A DNA stretch of 64,000 bases from Octopus vulgaris (taxonomy: Eukaryota), in NCBI GenBank assembly GCA_951406725.2, contig OX597838.1, forward strand, positions 6,634,001-6,698,000, written 5' to 3'. Numbering within the stretch: the stretch's first letter is position 1; each line of letters starts with the position of its first letter. The translations under genes were made by a program, and so were the position numbers. Shown one piece after another: positions 15,613 through 29,673 of this stretch. Under the pieces are notes generated by a model. That model saw nothing but the letters and a program-made list of their open reading frames with translations, was not told the origin of the DNA and ran no database searches.

Positions 15613-15709
15613 GTTTTGTCTCGAATTAATATTATATAATATTTTACTATAAAATTGGATTTAATCCTGTAAATCTGATTTATTCCCTAATATTTATTTA
15701 TTATATATA

Positions 15710-15795
<86 letters not shown>

Positions 15796-16489
15796 ATGGA
15801 GTTGAACGCAGGTGTTATTCAAATCATTATGCTTCCTACATATGTTTCGAAGAAAACATTGGTATTATACCAGAAGGTAGAAAATGATATAAACAATGCA
15901 ATCTTCTTGCCTTTCACTTCGTCTAAATACCTCTATTTTCACGCCTTAAAACGCCGGGCTTTTTGAACTGGCCATGATGCATACTTGCATCTATATGCAT
16001 GTATTCGTTCTATGAGTAAGTATTCGTATGTTTTATTTATATATATATATATATATATGTATTTATGTTTCTTTTCGGCGTGTATTCTACTGACGAAGCA
16101 ACGCATTCCTAAAGGCAAAGTCAGAAATCCGGTATCTAGAATTATCCAGTAATTTTTTACTAGTTTCATCTTGTCTCTTTGTATTCTCTCCGTGTTGCGA
16201 TATGGACAATTAAGGTGGTTTTAGAGTCAGATCATGGCTGCTATTTTCAGCATGGTGGTATCTCGTAGATACCCTAAATTATAATTTTAATAATTATTAC
16301 CTTTGAAGATTATTTTTTATTATTTTTTCCATGCTGGCCGCTTGACAAAATCGTTATTTTATTTTAACTTAACGATCTAATCCTTATTTATATAAATTTA
16401 TATGTATAAATATATTTGCAGCTTTAAATAAACCTGTTCTTTGTATGAAACAATTGTACTGAACAACTAATCCATTCTTGTTGCTTTTT

Positions 16490-16548
<59 letters not shown>

Positions 16549-16559
16549 GTGTGTATATA

Positions 16560-16603
<44 letters not shown>

Positions 16604-16839
16604 TATATATATATATTTGTATGTATATACATGAATAATATATATTATCGTCAGTACGGCATAGGAGACTGAAGTAGGAACATAAGAAACCATGAAAATG
16701 CACAGGGAATACGTGAATCTTCTCATACTTAATCGGTTACCAAATATCATCAAAATTTGACGCCTTGTACATTGATATATACGTGTGTGAGAGTGTGTGT
16801 GTGTGTGTGCGTGTATTTGTGTGTGTGTGTGCGTGTATT

Positions 16840-16873
<34 letters not shown>

Positions 16874-17444
16874 TGTGGGTGTGTCAGTGACGGAAGAATA
16901 TTGATTCCGAAAGAGAATCCTCTCCCACCTACTTAACGTGGATTCATTACTAGGAAGCCCATTACCGTTGTTGAACACATTGAACGATCCTCCCCTATAG
17001 TCGCACGATGCTTAGAGCAGGGACAAATCAACAAGTAGCTCTAACCAGAATGATCTGATGAGCCATTTTGCATCATTTAAATAGATTTTAAGAAAATACT
17101 AATGCAAACGAGCGAAGAATAATTTCCTCTACACTGAAATTAATATGTGAAGAATTTGGAGATACGGCCCTGAACCTAACGACGTCACGTGCTTCACCAT
17201 AAATGTATTTACCCCACACCTCCTGACACAGAAAATAACTTCGTCGATCGAATATTCTGGATTTTATTGTCATTAACTCTCTACATTATAATTCTCTCTA
17301 CGTGCCTCATTGCTATTCCTTAAACGGATCTTTCAGTGTTAGTCATACAATAAAATGGATCCTTATTTCATACTAGTGATGCATGTATGTATATATATAT
17401 ATGTATATATATATTATTTAAAAGCAGAAGAAATATAAGAAAAA

Positions 17445-17482
17445 CTGTTATACGGAGTTTCACGTTTCCGTTCGTCGGAGAG
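17445..17482 (-). ncRNA. Minimal hammerhead motif, left palindrome arm
   Basis: CTCT-CCGACGA-ACG-GAAA-CGT-GAA-ACTCCGTAT-A-ACAG. Core is a U4C variant, stem II is capped by GAAA, and stems I and III are mutated. Confidence 0.65.
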
Positions 17483-17496
17483 TGTTGTTAACAAAA

Positions 17497-17534
17497 CTGT
17501 CCGACAAACGGGAACGTGAAACTCCGAGTAACAG
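17497..17534 (+). ncRNA. Minimal hammerhead motif, right palindrome arm
   Basis: CTGT-CCGACAA-ACG-GGAA-CGT-GAA-ACTC-C-GAGT-A-ACAG. All three stems are intact with a GUA triplet; the core carries U4C and G8A. Confidence 0.7.
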
Positions 17535-18299
17535 CTTTTGTTATATTTCTGCTGCTTTTAAATGAAGCATATTACTCTGCCTCTGGTATTCGAGTACTCC
17601 TTTTTTCCACCTTGTTTCACATTTACGTGCTTACTCCGGTATATATATATGTGTGTGTGTATATACTTGTGTGTGTGTGTTTGTGCGCGTGTGTGTGTGT
17701 ATGTGTGTGTGTATGTGTGTATTATATGAAATGTATAATATTAATTATTCATACAATTCAGTTTCGCTTAAAAATACAATGGTGCGTTAGGTAACAATCC
17801 GATTATATAACTTTACGCTCGTCAGAGTTAACCGATATGGAAGGAACGATATTGTCGGACGTTCACTAGGACAACCGCGTAAACCGCTGCTGTATAAAAA
17901 GGTGGTGAAACGAAAAATGGGCTACGGTAATTGGTTAGGAGTTATGTTCCTTGGTTGGTTATGTTGTGAAGCCGGTAAGAGTTATTTTGAAGTGAGGAAG
18001 GTGGGTATTATTAATGTGGCGCTCGAGTGGAGATTGGGTGTGTGATATTTGTAGTGGTGTAGGTATACATGGCTGTGTTCGTTGGTCTGTTTTCTTTCGG
18101 TAAAAGATACTGTCGTGGTGGGATTTTTTTTATATTAGCTTGCAGTGTGTAATGTAATGTGTAATGTATGTGTGGGGGCCTGTGTATGTGTGAGGGTATA
18201 ATTTGTGTGCATGGGTATGTGTTGGTGGTGGAAAACAATCTATTTTGGTGGGTGTGCATATGTGTATAATGTATGTGCGTTAGCGTGTGCTTTCGTCAA

Positions 18300-18560
<261 letters not shown>

Positions 18561-19103
18561 AAACATACATAGAAAAAAGAGAAGACAAACATATATTAAA
18601 CACTAGAAGGGAGTAATAGTAAAAACCGACAATTGTTTAGGCATACACGTACAATTTAGCATATATAAATAATCACAAGCGAAAATAATAATTATATAGA
18701 TTTAGTGAAATGGGGGACAAATTTATATAGCTCCCTTTATAGCTCTCACTTGCTAAACAGAAAAATACATGTGCAGGTTTCTTTAAGTGAATGAAGAAAT
18801 AACACAAAAACACGCCATTGAGACAAAAACTGTGATCAAAGAAAGTGAAAACAAAAATAAACTAAATTGAGGAATTCCTCAATCTAAACAAATAATGAAT
18901 AATTAAGTTGTTACGAATTCAAGCAACCACTAAATTTTAACTAATTAAATTCACTCCTAACTTGAAAAGAAAAAAGAAATATCGAAATTAATGATTAACT
19001 ATAGTTAACAAAACCAGAGTAATAACGAAATCTGCTAGAATTTATTCAATTAAAATTAATTGATAGGTGAAAAGAGGTGTGTCTAAATCATTGAAAACCA
19101 GAT

Positions 19104-19150
19104 GGACAAGACCATGCATGTCTTGGCCCCAATTGTCCTTCGTCAGTGAC
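19104..19150 (-). ncRNA. Possible highly decayed hammerhead motif
   Basis: GTCA-CTGACGA-AGGAC-AATTG-GGGCC-AAGAC-ATGCAT-GGTC. The core and a palindromic stem III are present, but GAAA and stem I are corrupted. Confidence 0.3.
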
Positions 19151-19380
19151 TCTTTGAAATAGGAGTGATATGGCGTCCACGTTAAAACCATTTGTAATGT
19201 AACTTTTATTTGTTATATTAATAACTGTATGGCTATTTCCTAACATGTGTATCTATTAGTAAAAACTATCAGCCTAGGCTGCGTTATGTGAAGATGGACT
19301 TATATAAATCCATGTTAACGTTCTGCAAATACGACTATGTATGTAAGTATGTATGTATTTATGTATGGATATATGTATGT

Positions 19381-19459
<79 letters not shown>

Positions 19460-19461
19460 TA

Positions 19462-19580
19462 TTCATTCTTTCTCTATTTTTTCTTATTCCTTTCTGTTGA
19501 AGGGGGTAGGCTCGAAACATAAATGACTTTCATACATTCCCCAGCGTCAAACTAATACACTTGCTTGTTGTTTACACATA
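19462..19580 (+). mobile_element. Penelope pLTR-like cassette with decayed hammerhead-like motif (19488-19527, core CTGTTGA)
   Basis: cttt-CTGTTGA-AGGGG-GTAG-GCTC-GAAAC-ATA-AATGAC...cagcgtcaaactaatacac. Homologous to the 7497 and 46480 copies and lies between microsatellites. Confidence 0.6.
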
Positions 19581-19591
19581 CACACACACAC

Positions 19592-19738
<147 letters not shown>

Positions 19739-20221
19739 CACGCTTACGTGCTAGCAGCAGTTTTATCCTGCTTTAACCTACAGATATTTTGCCATTTATA
19801 GATACAGAGATTTAATCAAACGTTTAGAAATGCTCTGCGAAACTGGAAAATCCAGAAATCCGTGTCAATTCCGGTCCTAAATTAGATAAATTGGTCGGGT
19901 ACAGTATTGAGGTGTGATACATAACAAAGGGAGGGAAATGCAGAATTTTAAAGAGCTATTTCACTTGCTATGGTTTAATATCTTTAGATTAAACAGCTGG
20001 ATTAAGTGAATTACGTCCCTAGTATTAGAGACTTTTGCTACCTGAAACATAAGGGGTAGGTTTATCGATTTTTATTGGCTTTCTGGGAAATGAAAAGATC
20101 TCCACAACCGCCTTGGACAGTTTTGAATGACCATAGAAAGTGCGAGCCCTCTAACTGAAAAATTGTGGATTTGTATAAAGGATACACATACACAAACACA
20201 TAATTTGCCTTATATGTATAA

Positions 20222-20366
20222 CAAGAAAGTACAAAAAAAACACAACAACGCGAGGGCGTGGAACAAATATAGTATTATTGGACGCTCAGGAAAGAAGGAA
20301 AGAAGGAGGGTTTAACGTTTCGAGCGGAGCTCTTCGTCGGAAACATAGGAGAAGGAAAGATCCAGA

Positions 20367-20369
<3 letters not shown>
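20222..20369 (-). mobile_element. Penelope pLTR-like cassette with minimal hammerhead (20310-20344)
   Basis: Minus strand: GTTT-CCGACGA-AGAGC-TCC-GCTC-GAAAC-GTT-AAAC, then ttcctgagcgtccaataatac shared with the 46480 family. Abuts (TA)n. Confidence 0.75.
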
Positions 20370-20406
<37 letters not shown>

Positions 20407-20879
20407 TCACATACATAAGTGTGATTGCGTGTGAAAATGTAAGTGTACGCATGCGGAAATATGAGGCCACATGAGTGACCGTTCAGTTATGTGTTTGTGT
20501 GTGTGTGTGTTTGTGATGGAACTGAATATATCAGGAACTAATCAAAAATATAGCATTGCACTTTATGTAGAAATTAAATACGTACACATAGATAACGTAA
20601 AAACACACATTTATCACGTACAAATGTATGTGTACACACGCACACAGAAACGCACATGCATACACACGCGCGTGCGTACGCATATAAGTACATACATACG
20701 TGTGTATCAATCTATATTCGAACAAAATGTCATTGACTTCAGTAGGCCTTCCCACCATTATCAATAAATATTCCCAATTTCTTATGTATACACAGATACA
20801 GTTAATTGTACTCATATAGAGTCTCAGCAAAATAGCAACGACTATGGGAATACATACATTCATACAAATGTATATAGGT

Positions 20880-21109
20880 GTCTATATATGTGTGTGTGTG
20901 CGTGTATAAATATATGTATATATATATATATATATATGTATACATATATTGTTATATATATATATACATTTGTATATATGTATATATATATATATAAACA
21001 CATATATATATATATTGATTTATATCTATATATGTATATATATATATACAATATATATATATATTTATATACATTTATATATATATATATATATATATGA
21101 ATATATATG

Positions 21110-21160
<51 letters not shown>

Positions 21161-21177
21161 GCATATATATACATATC

Positions 21178-21216
<39 letters not shown>

Positions 21217-21280
21217 CAATATATGTATATTGGTATGTATGTATACACATATGTATATGGATGTGTGTATGGGTGTATGC
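20880..21280. repeat. Long interrupted (TA)n microsatellite
   Basis: Directly visible. Confidence 0.95.
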
Positions 21281-21607
21281 ATAAGAAGACTATTAAAATG
21301 ACAACAGATGATATTATCTTAAGTTTATGATAAAGCAATAGGCAGAATATTATCCAGTGCTGAAATGTATATAGGCGACATCCTCTCAGTGAAAAATCTC
21401 TTAAAACTGTCAGCGCGTTACATGGTGGATGACATGGACGGGGATGGTTGTATTGTCCGCCATTGATGCCTGGTTTTTCATTTTCTCTTTTTACTCGACC
21501 ATTTCGCCTCTTTAAAAAGTCTTTGGTAATAAATATTTTATATGGGGGTGGCCAATTACTCTAAGTATAAAATTCAAAGAAGGAAAAACGTTCGTAGTCC
21601 TATTGCC

Positions 21608-21701
<94 letters not shown>

Positions 21702-21720
21702 CCAATAATTCAATTTTGTT

Positions 21721-21767
<47 letters not shown>

Positions 21768-22394
21768 GGGTGTGTGTGGATGTGTGGATGTGTGGTGTAT
21801 GTGTGTGTATATTTGTATGTATCTATGTATTTAAACGCACAAAAGTAGATTTATATGTATATGTATATTAACATTTCGTTGATGTCGAGTTACGATGAAA
21901 GCAATTTAACTATAGGGTTATTCAATTGATTTTTCCTGAGTACATAATTGTTCTACTGTTACAAGGAGAGGGGAGACAGTGACTTCGAAGTTTAAGCCGC
22001 CTGTACTCTCACCAGCAAATGGACGATTCCATACAGAATCATCTCCTTAATTTGTGCACGTAACAAATTATTCGAAATTGTAATGCTGATAATACTATTA
22101 ACATTGTAGGTTTTCTTCTGGCAATTATCCGTTCGCACTCTTCACAGTTTCCACCCACGACATGCCAGCTGACGTTCTTCGATAAAAAGAATCTCACCAA
22201 ATACGCCATCGCTCTTTCTTACCGCTATTAACTCATAGAATGCGATTTTGAATTTTCCTTCGCCCGCATTTCGAGGAAGGGCACTGCGTGCTCTTGACTG
22301 TATTCCAGCAATCTTTTCTACTTTTGCTGCTGGACCCTGGCCAGCAGATCTGTATATAGATGTGTACATACATGCATACATTCATACACACATG

Positions 22395-22607
22395 CAGTGA
22401 TCCCTCGACTATCGCGAGTATTACCTTCCATAACCCCCCACCTTCGCGAAAATCCGCGAAGTAGAAACAGTACTGTACTGTATATTTATTATTATCATTA
22501 TTATTTATATAATTTGTATATATTTATTTTATCATAAATGTAAAAAAACACTTGAATGAATAAATAAACCGCGATAAGTGAACCACAATGTGGCGCAGGA
22601 TTACTGT
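22395..22607 (+). mobile_element. pogo/Tigger-like MITE (family E)
   Basis: cagtgatccctcgactatcgcg ... ccgcgataagtgaaccacaatgtggcgcaggattactg-ta. CAGT...ACTG termini with a TA flank; four copies in the window. Confidence 0.75.
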
Positions 22608-23397
22608 ACATACACACATACATACACACATAGATGTTTTCTATATAGATGCAAATGTAATTATTTCCCAAATATATTGCACTTCATGTTCAAGGCTCCG
22701 ATGAACCAATAAAATGTTACTCAAGAATGGGGTGTATTTGTTCGACTAAAGTGAGAGAATAAAAGTGATAAGGAAGTTTGGAGAAATGTTTCACAAATTG
22801 AAATTATATAAAAACGAATAAGAGGAATAGAGAAATTTTAGGAAAAAGCGTTGGGAGGAATGTAGAGGAAGTTAAACAGCTAGAAAGAAAGACAGAGAAA
22901 GAGAGAGTAAGGAACAGTGTGCGCACGAGAGAGAGGGGGGGATAAAAGATATACTCAAGTATATAAACGAAAATACTATGTGAGTTTGTGATAGAAATTG
23001 AGAGACAAACGATGTGAGAACAAACGACGAAGGATGAAAGACAAAAACGAAGAAATAAAGACAAGTGAGAAGCATTTAAGTGTTGGAAATATTACGAGTG
23101 TTGTACAGTGGAAAACTGCATATAAATAGAACGGCTCGGCGAACGCAATTTATTTCCTTTAATTACGGGGATATGAAGGAAGAATCAGACGCACTGAAAA
23201 TCACTAAAATATGGCGATGTATTTTAATATTGATATTTGAATTTCCTACAGGAGTTTCCTCGTATATTTTATTACATTAGAATTGATATACCTACATATA
23301 TAGAGAGAGCAATCTGTTACTATAGCAACGAGTTATATTGAAATAGAAATATAGAAAACTATATCTATATATGTGTATGTATGTGTGTGTACGTATA

Positions 23398-23446
<49 letters not shown>

Positions 23447-25306
23447 ATAGGCATATATGTGTATATATACATATATATATATATTTATATATAAATTCAC
23501 ATATGCATATACATACATCAGTATGTATACGCTTGGAGAAGCAGACGGATAGAAACAAAACAGTTAAAACAAGGAAGAATCTGAAGTAATGGGGGACCAA
23601 AGAAATAAAAAATATGATGTTACACAACGAAACACGCGGTGCAATAAACCGTAGAAATGAAAGGCCGACAACTATAGAAGAGGTTCAATGAAAATAAACG
23701 TCTGTCATGGTAACAAAACAGTAATGAGAGGAACAGAAAAGGTGTTTCATTCTCTAAGTGTATTGTAATAAAAGAAACGAATTACAATAAGATGAGAAAA
23801 GTATGGAAAGATGAGAAATAGTATAAGATATAATATAATATAATATATGCAAATCATATATTTCTGCTTGTTATATGCCCTTGCAGGCTTAGTGTAAAAG
23901 GGAAGTCGGGAAGTGTGAGAGAAAGACAGGAGATTAAGAGAAAATCTGAGTTATTGTTGAGAGTAAGTGTTGAGAGTGAAAGAGGAGAAGACTATTCAGA
24001 AAAGAGAACATATTAGAAAGTCAAAGTTGGAAGGAAGGGAGAATTACAAGATGATGTGAGGACGAGGAAGCAATCGAGCGAATAATTTCAACTATCAAGG
24101 TCTCAGACGTAGGTCCACATAAATGGGTTTTATTACCTACTCCTCCTTAAATAAACGCCTTAATTATGCAAGGATTTTGAAATCACAGTTTGTTCCTGTC
24201 TTGTTTATGATTCTGTAAGCTTTATTGCATGTAATCTATTAATAACGTGACTGTGTAATAAGTGTAATGGTATGAACTGGTAGTCACAATAACTAAAATT
24301 ACGAGTGTCATATCTACAGTCATCTAGTTCGGTTTTTCTACACTTTTTCCTATAACACAGTAATGTTTTCATGCTTGTGATGTCGGAAAATAAATATTAG
24401 TTAAGTTGCTGTAAATTCCACCATCGAAACTGCTTGTCCTACTCCATAATATGGAAATGATTTGACCTCATCAACTCCTCTTTTCTACATGTCATTTGTT
24501 TCTTATGCTTATAACTTGCTGAAACAGTTCGAAACACTCATCCACTCGAATACTGGTTCGTATGCAAAATGGCTTTATACGAATATCCACTTCACCTCAG
24601 GGTGCAATCCGCGCTCATGATGTCCACGAAGCCGTCTCATTTTGGATTGTTAAACGAAAATTGTATGTTAGATAAGGTTTACATCGCTGTAACAACGAAA
24701 AAAATACAGTTCAAAATACTTGCTAGAAGTAGCAGTCAAATCTCTCCCAAGTTAGCCCCCGCCATCATAAATGAGAAAGGAGAAAGTATAATATGTATTG
24801 AATTATATGAAACTACATGAATTTTATCTGAATAGAAATGGCGCTTTCATGTATTTACTTAATCACTGATGAGTTTATTTCCCACTCTTCACCGTGATGA
24901 ACGTGAATGAGAACAAGTTGCATACATCACTCTATTCTATTATTCCAAATAACGGTCAGCCAGAATTGATGTGATCGATTATTTCTATGTGCTGATCGAT
25001 GGATTCTTGTAGTGATTTCGCTGCTTTCACTTGTAGTCAGCCTTTTCTATTTGTTTATGGTTACGCAGTTTAAATACTTTCTTCCGTTTCTGACTTTAGT
25101 TTCGAGCTTTCTTGTCATTTCTGATTTTCAAACCGATTTCAATTCTTGCTTCAATTGCTTTCCTCACCCTTTTTTTTTTTTTTTTCTCTTTTCTATTTGG
25201 ATTCCCACATTCATTTCCTTTAACTGCTTTTCTTCCTGTTTATTTTCTTCCTCTTATATTCGTTTGAACTATTTTATACCTTGAAGGTTGTTTATATTTT
25301 AAATCC

Positions 25307-25442
25307 AGCTTGCTAACCAACCACATGGTTCCGGGTTCAGTCCCACTGCGTGGCATCTTGGGCAAGTGTCTTCTGCTATAACCCCGGGCCGACCAATGCC
25401 TTGTGAGTGGATTTGGTAGACGGAAACTGAAAGAAGCCTGTC

Positions 25443-25493
<51 letters not shown>

Positions 25494-25715
25494 TGTGTGT
25501 GTATATGTTTGTGTGTCTGTTTTTGTCCCCCTAGCATTGCTTGACAACCGATGCTGGTGCGTTTACGTCCCCGTAATTTAGCGGTTCGGCAAAAGAGACC
25601 GATAGAATAAGTACTGGGCTTACAAAGAATAAGTCCCGGGGTCGATTTGCTCGACTAGAGGCGGTGCTCCAGCATGGCCGCAGTCAAATGACTAAGAATA
25701 AAAGAAAAAAAAGAA
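25307..25715 (+). mobile_element. SINE family B (CORE-like, internal (TA)n/(TG)n), 5'-truncated
   Basis: B-box-like ggttcagtccc, cttgggcaagtgtcttct, tail ggtgctccagcatggccgcagtcaaatgact..aataaaag; matches 29235-29673. Confidence 0.9.
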
Positions 25716-26444
25716 TTACTACACCGAAGCTGATATATTTAATTGGCACCAAATTTTTCTCTAAACTCAGTGCATTTACTTTCCAACGCCTCCTAATCAC
25801 ATTTCGACTGTCTTGCAGGATAGCTTTATCCATTTTATAGCAGATCTATGATACAGTTTCCCTGTTATTATCTAATTTCTTAATTTCATTTTATTATTAT
25901 ACTGAAGCTTTAATACTTGTCATATTTTTATTTTGATTGTATGTGTTTATACCTGTTATCCTACTTTGTGAACTGACCTTTTTACATTTTATGTATGTCG
26001 CGTCATTTTATGCATTGCACATTAGCATTCGTTCCTAATTTTACCGTTACATTTCAATGTATCGGTTTATCAATTCCATTTAATTCTAAGTATGTCTATC
26101 GTTGGTCCTGGTGTAACTCTGACATTTCGATGTTTGTACATCATTTTGTGTTATTGGTTATAAATCATTTTAAATAATCCTTCGAGTATCAGCGCTATAT
26201 TTTTCTAACAAAACACTCCCATTTATAAACTGGCTAAATTCCTGTATATATCTTTGTAGGTTCATCAGTTGGAATTACATTATGGGAATTTGTTGAAGCA
26301 ATCCTTTTAGAGAAAATAGTTTTATTTTTCTTTCGTAGCATTTATCTTGAATGTCAGGCACATAGATTAAATTTGTTATCGATTTCAGTGTTACGTAAAA
26401 TAAAAATATAAAACTAAAAAATGTTTGTATAATAGTCTTTTCCA

Positions 26445-26852
26445 CTAAAGGCAAAAGGCGTGATATTTTCAAGGAGAGGCCCAGTCAATTACATCGACCC
26501 CACTGTTTCCCTGGCTTTACTTTATCGACCCCGAAAAGATGAAAGGGAAAATCGACTCCAGTGGCATTTGAACTCCGAACGTAAAGACGGGTAAAATATT
26601 GCTAAGCATTCTGCCAGCTCGCTGCCTTTAATATACGTTTCTATTTAAAGTATAAGGCCCGAAATTGGGGGGAAGGGAGCCAGTCGATTAGATCGACCCC
26701 AGTACGCAACTGGTACTTATTTCATCGACCCCGAAATGATGAAAGGCAAAGTCGACTTCGGTGACATTTGAACTCACAACGTAAAGACGTGCAAGATACT
26801 TCTAAGTTTTTTTTTGCTCGGCGTGCTAACGATTACCCCAGGTCGACGCCTT
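26445..26852 (-). mobile_element. Two tandem SINE family A copies (about 26445-26628 and 26640-26852)
   Basis: Each contains atcgacccc..ctgg...tttatcgaccccgaaa.gatgaaag..aaa.tcgac...atttgaactc..aacgtaaagacg. Confidence 0.85.
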
Positions 26853-27366
26853 TTAATATAAGTAAAATAATAAAAGCGAATATGAAAAGAGTGCGCCTCC
26901 TCCCCTTGTCACACTGATCCGCTGATGCACAACGGAATCTCTTTTGAGGCACGCTTCTACACGAAGAATGAGGCAAACCAAATAGAAATGTGAAATCTGA
27001 AATTACTGTGAGGCGACCCTCGATGTAGCTATCATAGGTTCATGAGAATAGAATTTTCGTAAAATATTCCTCTTTCTTTTAACCTATATTAATATTGTTT
27101 TTCGCTTTTGATATGAATAATATGCAGTCTTCTTTCCAAAATACTGTATCTTTAGATAGTCTCCCTAATATCTAAAAGTGCGTTATGATATCAAATGCTC
27201 TTTGATTATCCATCTGTGCTATGAATTTTCTTTCTCTTTTTTTCCTTTAATTTTTTCATGTTACATTATAGGCCCGGTTCAACAGCCTTCATAACTGTAT
27301 ATTTCACTCCATTATCTATTCTGCACCTTCTCAAAGATTTTATTACTGCGTTCCATATAAGCAGCT

Positions 27367-27533
<167 letters not shown>

Positions 27534-28211
27534 TAATGCTAATATAACTATTCTTTATATTTTTTATTAAATGTTTTAAATAGGTCCATGCATTTTTCCT
27601 TGCTGAGATAAATTTGGAGAAAATGGTAAAAAAAAAAAAAAAAGAAAGAAAGAACACGCCACAATACAGAAGAAAGGATACGAGATGAATGAAAATGGAA
27701 AATGTCAACCAAATACAAAGACACAAAGAATGATGAAACGCGAAAATCTAAAAATCTGTGTACATAAGTCTGTAATGGATAATAGAGAATATGAAGAGAT
27801 TGACACGTAAAGAAATATATTGGAAAAATACGGAACGATAATTTTGAGTCATACACAACGGAAGATGAACAAATGAAAAAAAGAAAAAAACAAGAAGAAA
27901 GTAACAGAAAGAAATTAAGAAAGAAACCAGCGCCAAGAAGAAAGATTGAACATTAAGACGAGATTCAGATCATAAATAGTTTATGAGGTAAACAAGATAA
28001 TTTCTACTAATAAAAATTTCTGTTTCCTCTAAAATACTGGAGTGTATTTTCATTAGTGAAGCATTGATTAAAAATATTACTACTCTTATTTTTCAAGAGG
28101 TTCTCTTTGTTCTTTTTTTTCGTTCTTCTTGTTCTTCTCAATATTCATGTTCTTATTTGCTCTTCCTCAATCTCAATCGTTTCTTACTTTTCATCTTTTT
28201 CTATTATTAAT

Positions 28212-28440
28212 ATCGGTTTCAAATTTTGGTGCAATGCCAGGAATTCCGGGGCACGTAATGGGAAAGGTGACCAAAATCAAACCCCACTGCTCGATTGGTA
28301 CTTATTTTATCGACCCTAAAAGAGAGAGACGAAATGCGAAAGGGAATTTCGGTGTAATTTGAACTCAGAACATAAAGACGGACGTCGAGCTAGAGAGGAT
28401 TCCATCCGGTATGCTAACGATTCTTGCAGATCGCCACCCT
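28212..28440 (-). mobile_element. SINE family A, diverged
   Basis: ggtacttattttatcgaccc...atttgaactcagaacataaagacggacg...tgctaacgattct. Confidence 0.8.
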
Positions 28441-29234
28441 TCGTTTCTTTCATTAATAGTAATAATTTTTACAAATGCTTTATACTGATGACAATCATTA
28501 TATCAAATATGATCATATTCACCATCACATTTTTCATCATCATCGTCGTTGTCGTCGTCATCATCATCATTATTATCATTATCATCATCACCAACGCTAC
28601 CGTTGTCGATATTATTACTTTGCTGCCTTCTTACAAACGGGCGGTTCCAACTTTCACCCATGGACTTCAAGCAATAAAACAAAAATTGGCATTTTACTAT
28701 CGGTGGCATTTGTGGCTGGCAATCTTGTATGACTGAGGAATGAATATTCAGTTGAATTTGGAATATTTCACCATTACGTAAATCAGGTAAATTCGTTTGA
28801 TAAGGTTTCTCTGAGCACCTGTTAAATTTTCTGTACTTCTCAGCTTTTTCTAGTACCTAGCTATAATTTTCAAGAGCACCGGTTGACATTACTCACAAAG
28901 ATCCGATAATCAGAGGCATAGCTGTCGTTCTTACATGTCACATTTTTAAGACGTTTATTTCCACGAATTCCTATTAATCAGCGTTGAGGCCTGCTGCAAT
29001 TGGTACGAACAGACGTGTTTTGGGAATGTGATTTTTAAACACACATCTAGTTTACTTTATCATGGTTCCTACACTCATGCAGACAAGGGCAGTGACATGC
29101 ATAGGCACATTGTGCTGTGTCAGTGTTGATGCAGTTTAGCACTGCATATAATAAGCCATGGAACGCCAAGAATCGCTACATAGCTTAAATAGCTTTATTA
29201 GTTTGGATATTAATGTCCTAAAGGACGGTGGTAT

Positions 29235-29451
29235 ACTCTTTTACTCTTTTACTTGTTTCAGTCATTTGAATGCGGTCATGCTGGGGCACTGCCTTTAGTC
29301 GAGCAAATCAACCCCAGTACTTATTCTATCGGTCTCTTTTGCCGAACCGCTAAGTTACGGGGACGTAAGCACACCAGCATCGGTTGTCAAGCAATGCTAG
29401 GGGACAAACACAGACACACAAACACACACACATACACAGACACACACACAC

Positions 29452-29512
<61 letters not shown>

Positions 29513-29673
29513 CGACAGGCTTCTTTCAGTTTCCGTCCAAATCCACTCACAAGGCTTTGGTCGGCCCGGGGCTATAGCAGAAGACACTTGCCCAAGATGC
29601 CACGCAGTGGGACTGAACCCGGAACCATGTGGTTGGTTAGCAAAGCTACTTACCACACAGCCACTCCAGCGCC
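29235..29673 (-). mobile_element. SINE family B, full length
   Basis: Minus strand head ggcgctggagtggctgtgtggtaagtagc (A-box-like), ggttcagtccc, an internal microsatellite and an (AGTAAAAG)n tail. Confidence 0.92.

Larger units (their letters stand above)
17416..17563. repeat. Palindrome with arms of about 73 bp centred on gttaac (17487-17492); inverted pLTR-like duplication
   Basis: tttaaaagcagaagaaatataagaaaaactgtta... pairs with ...taacagcttttgttatatttctgctgcttttaaa with a few mismatches. Confidence 0.9.

Noticed and set aside
15832-15925. GAAAC-ATAT-GTA half-hammerhead on the minus strand
   Set aside because: The palindromic stem III is present but no intact CUGANGA or stem I was found.
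22142-22350. Possible coding exon on the minus strand
   Set aside because: No recognisable protein family, only a weak acceptor and no neighbouring exons; needs RNA-seq or BLASTX.
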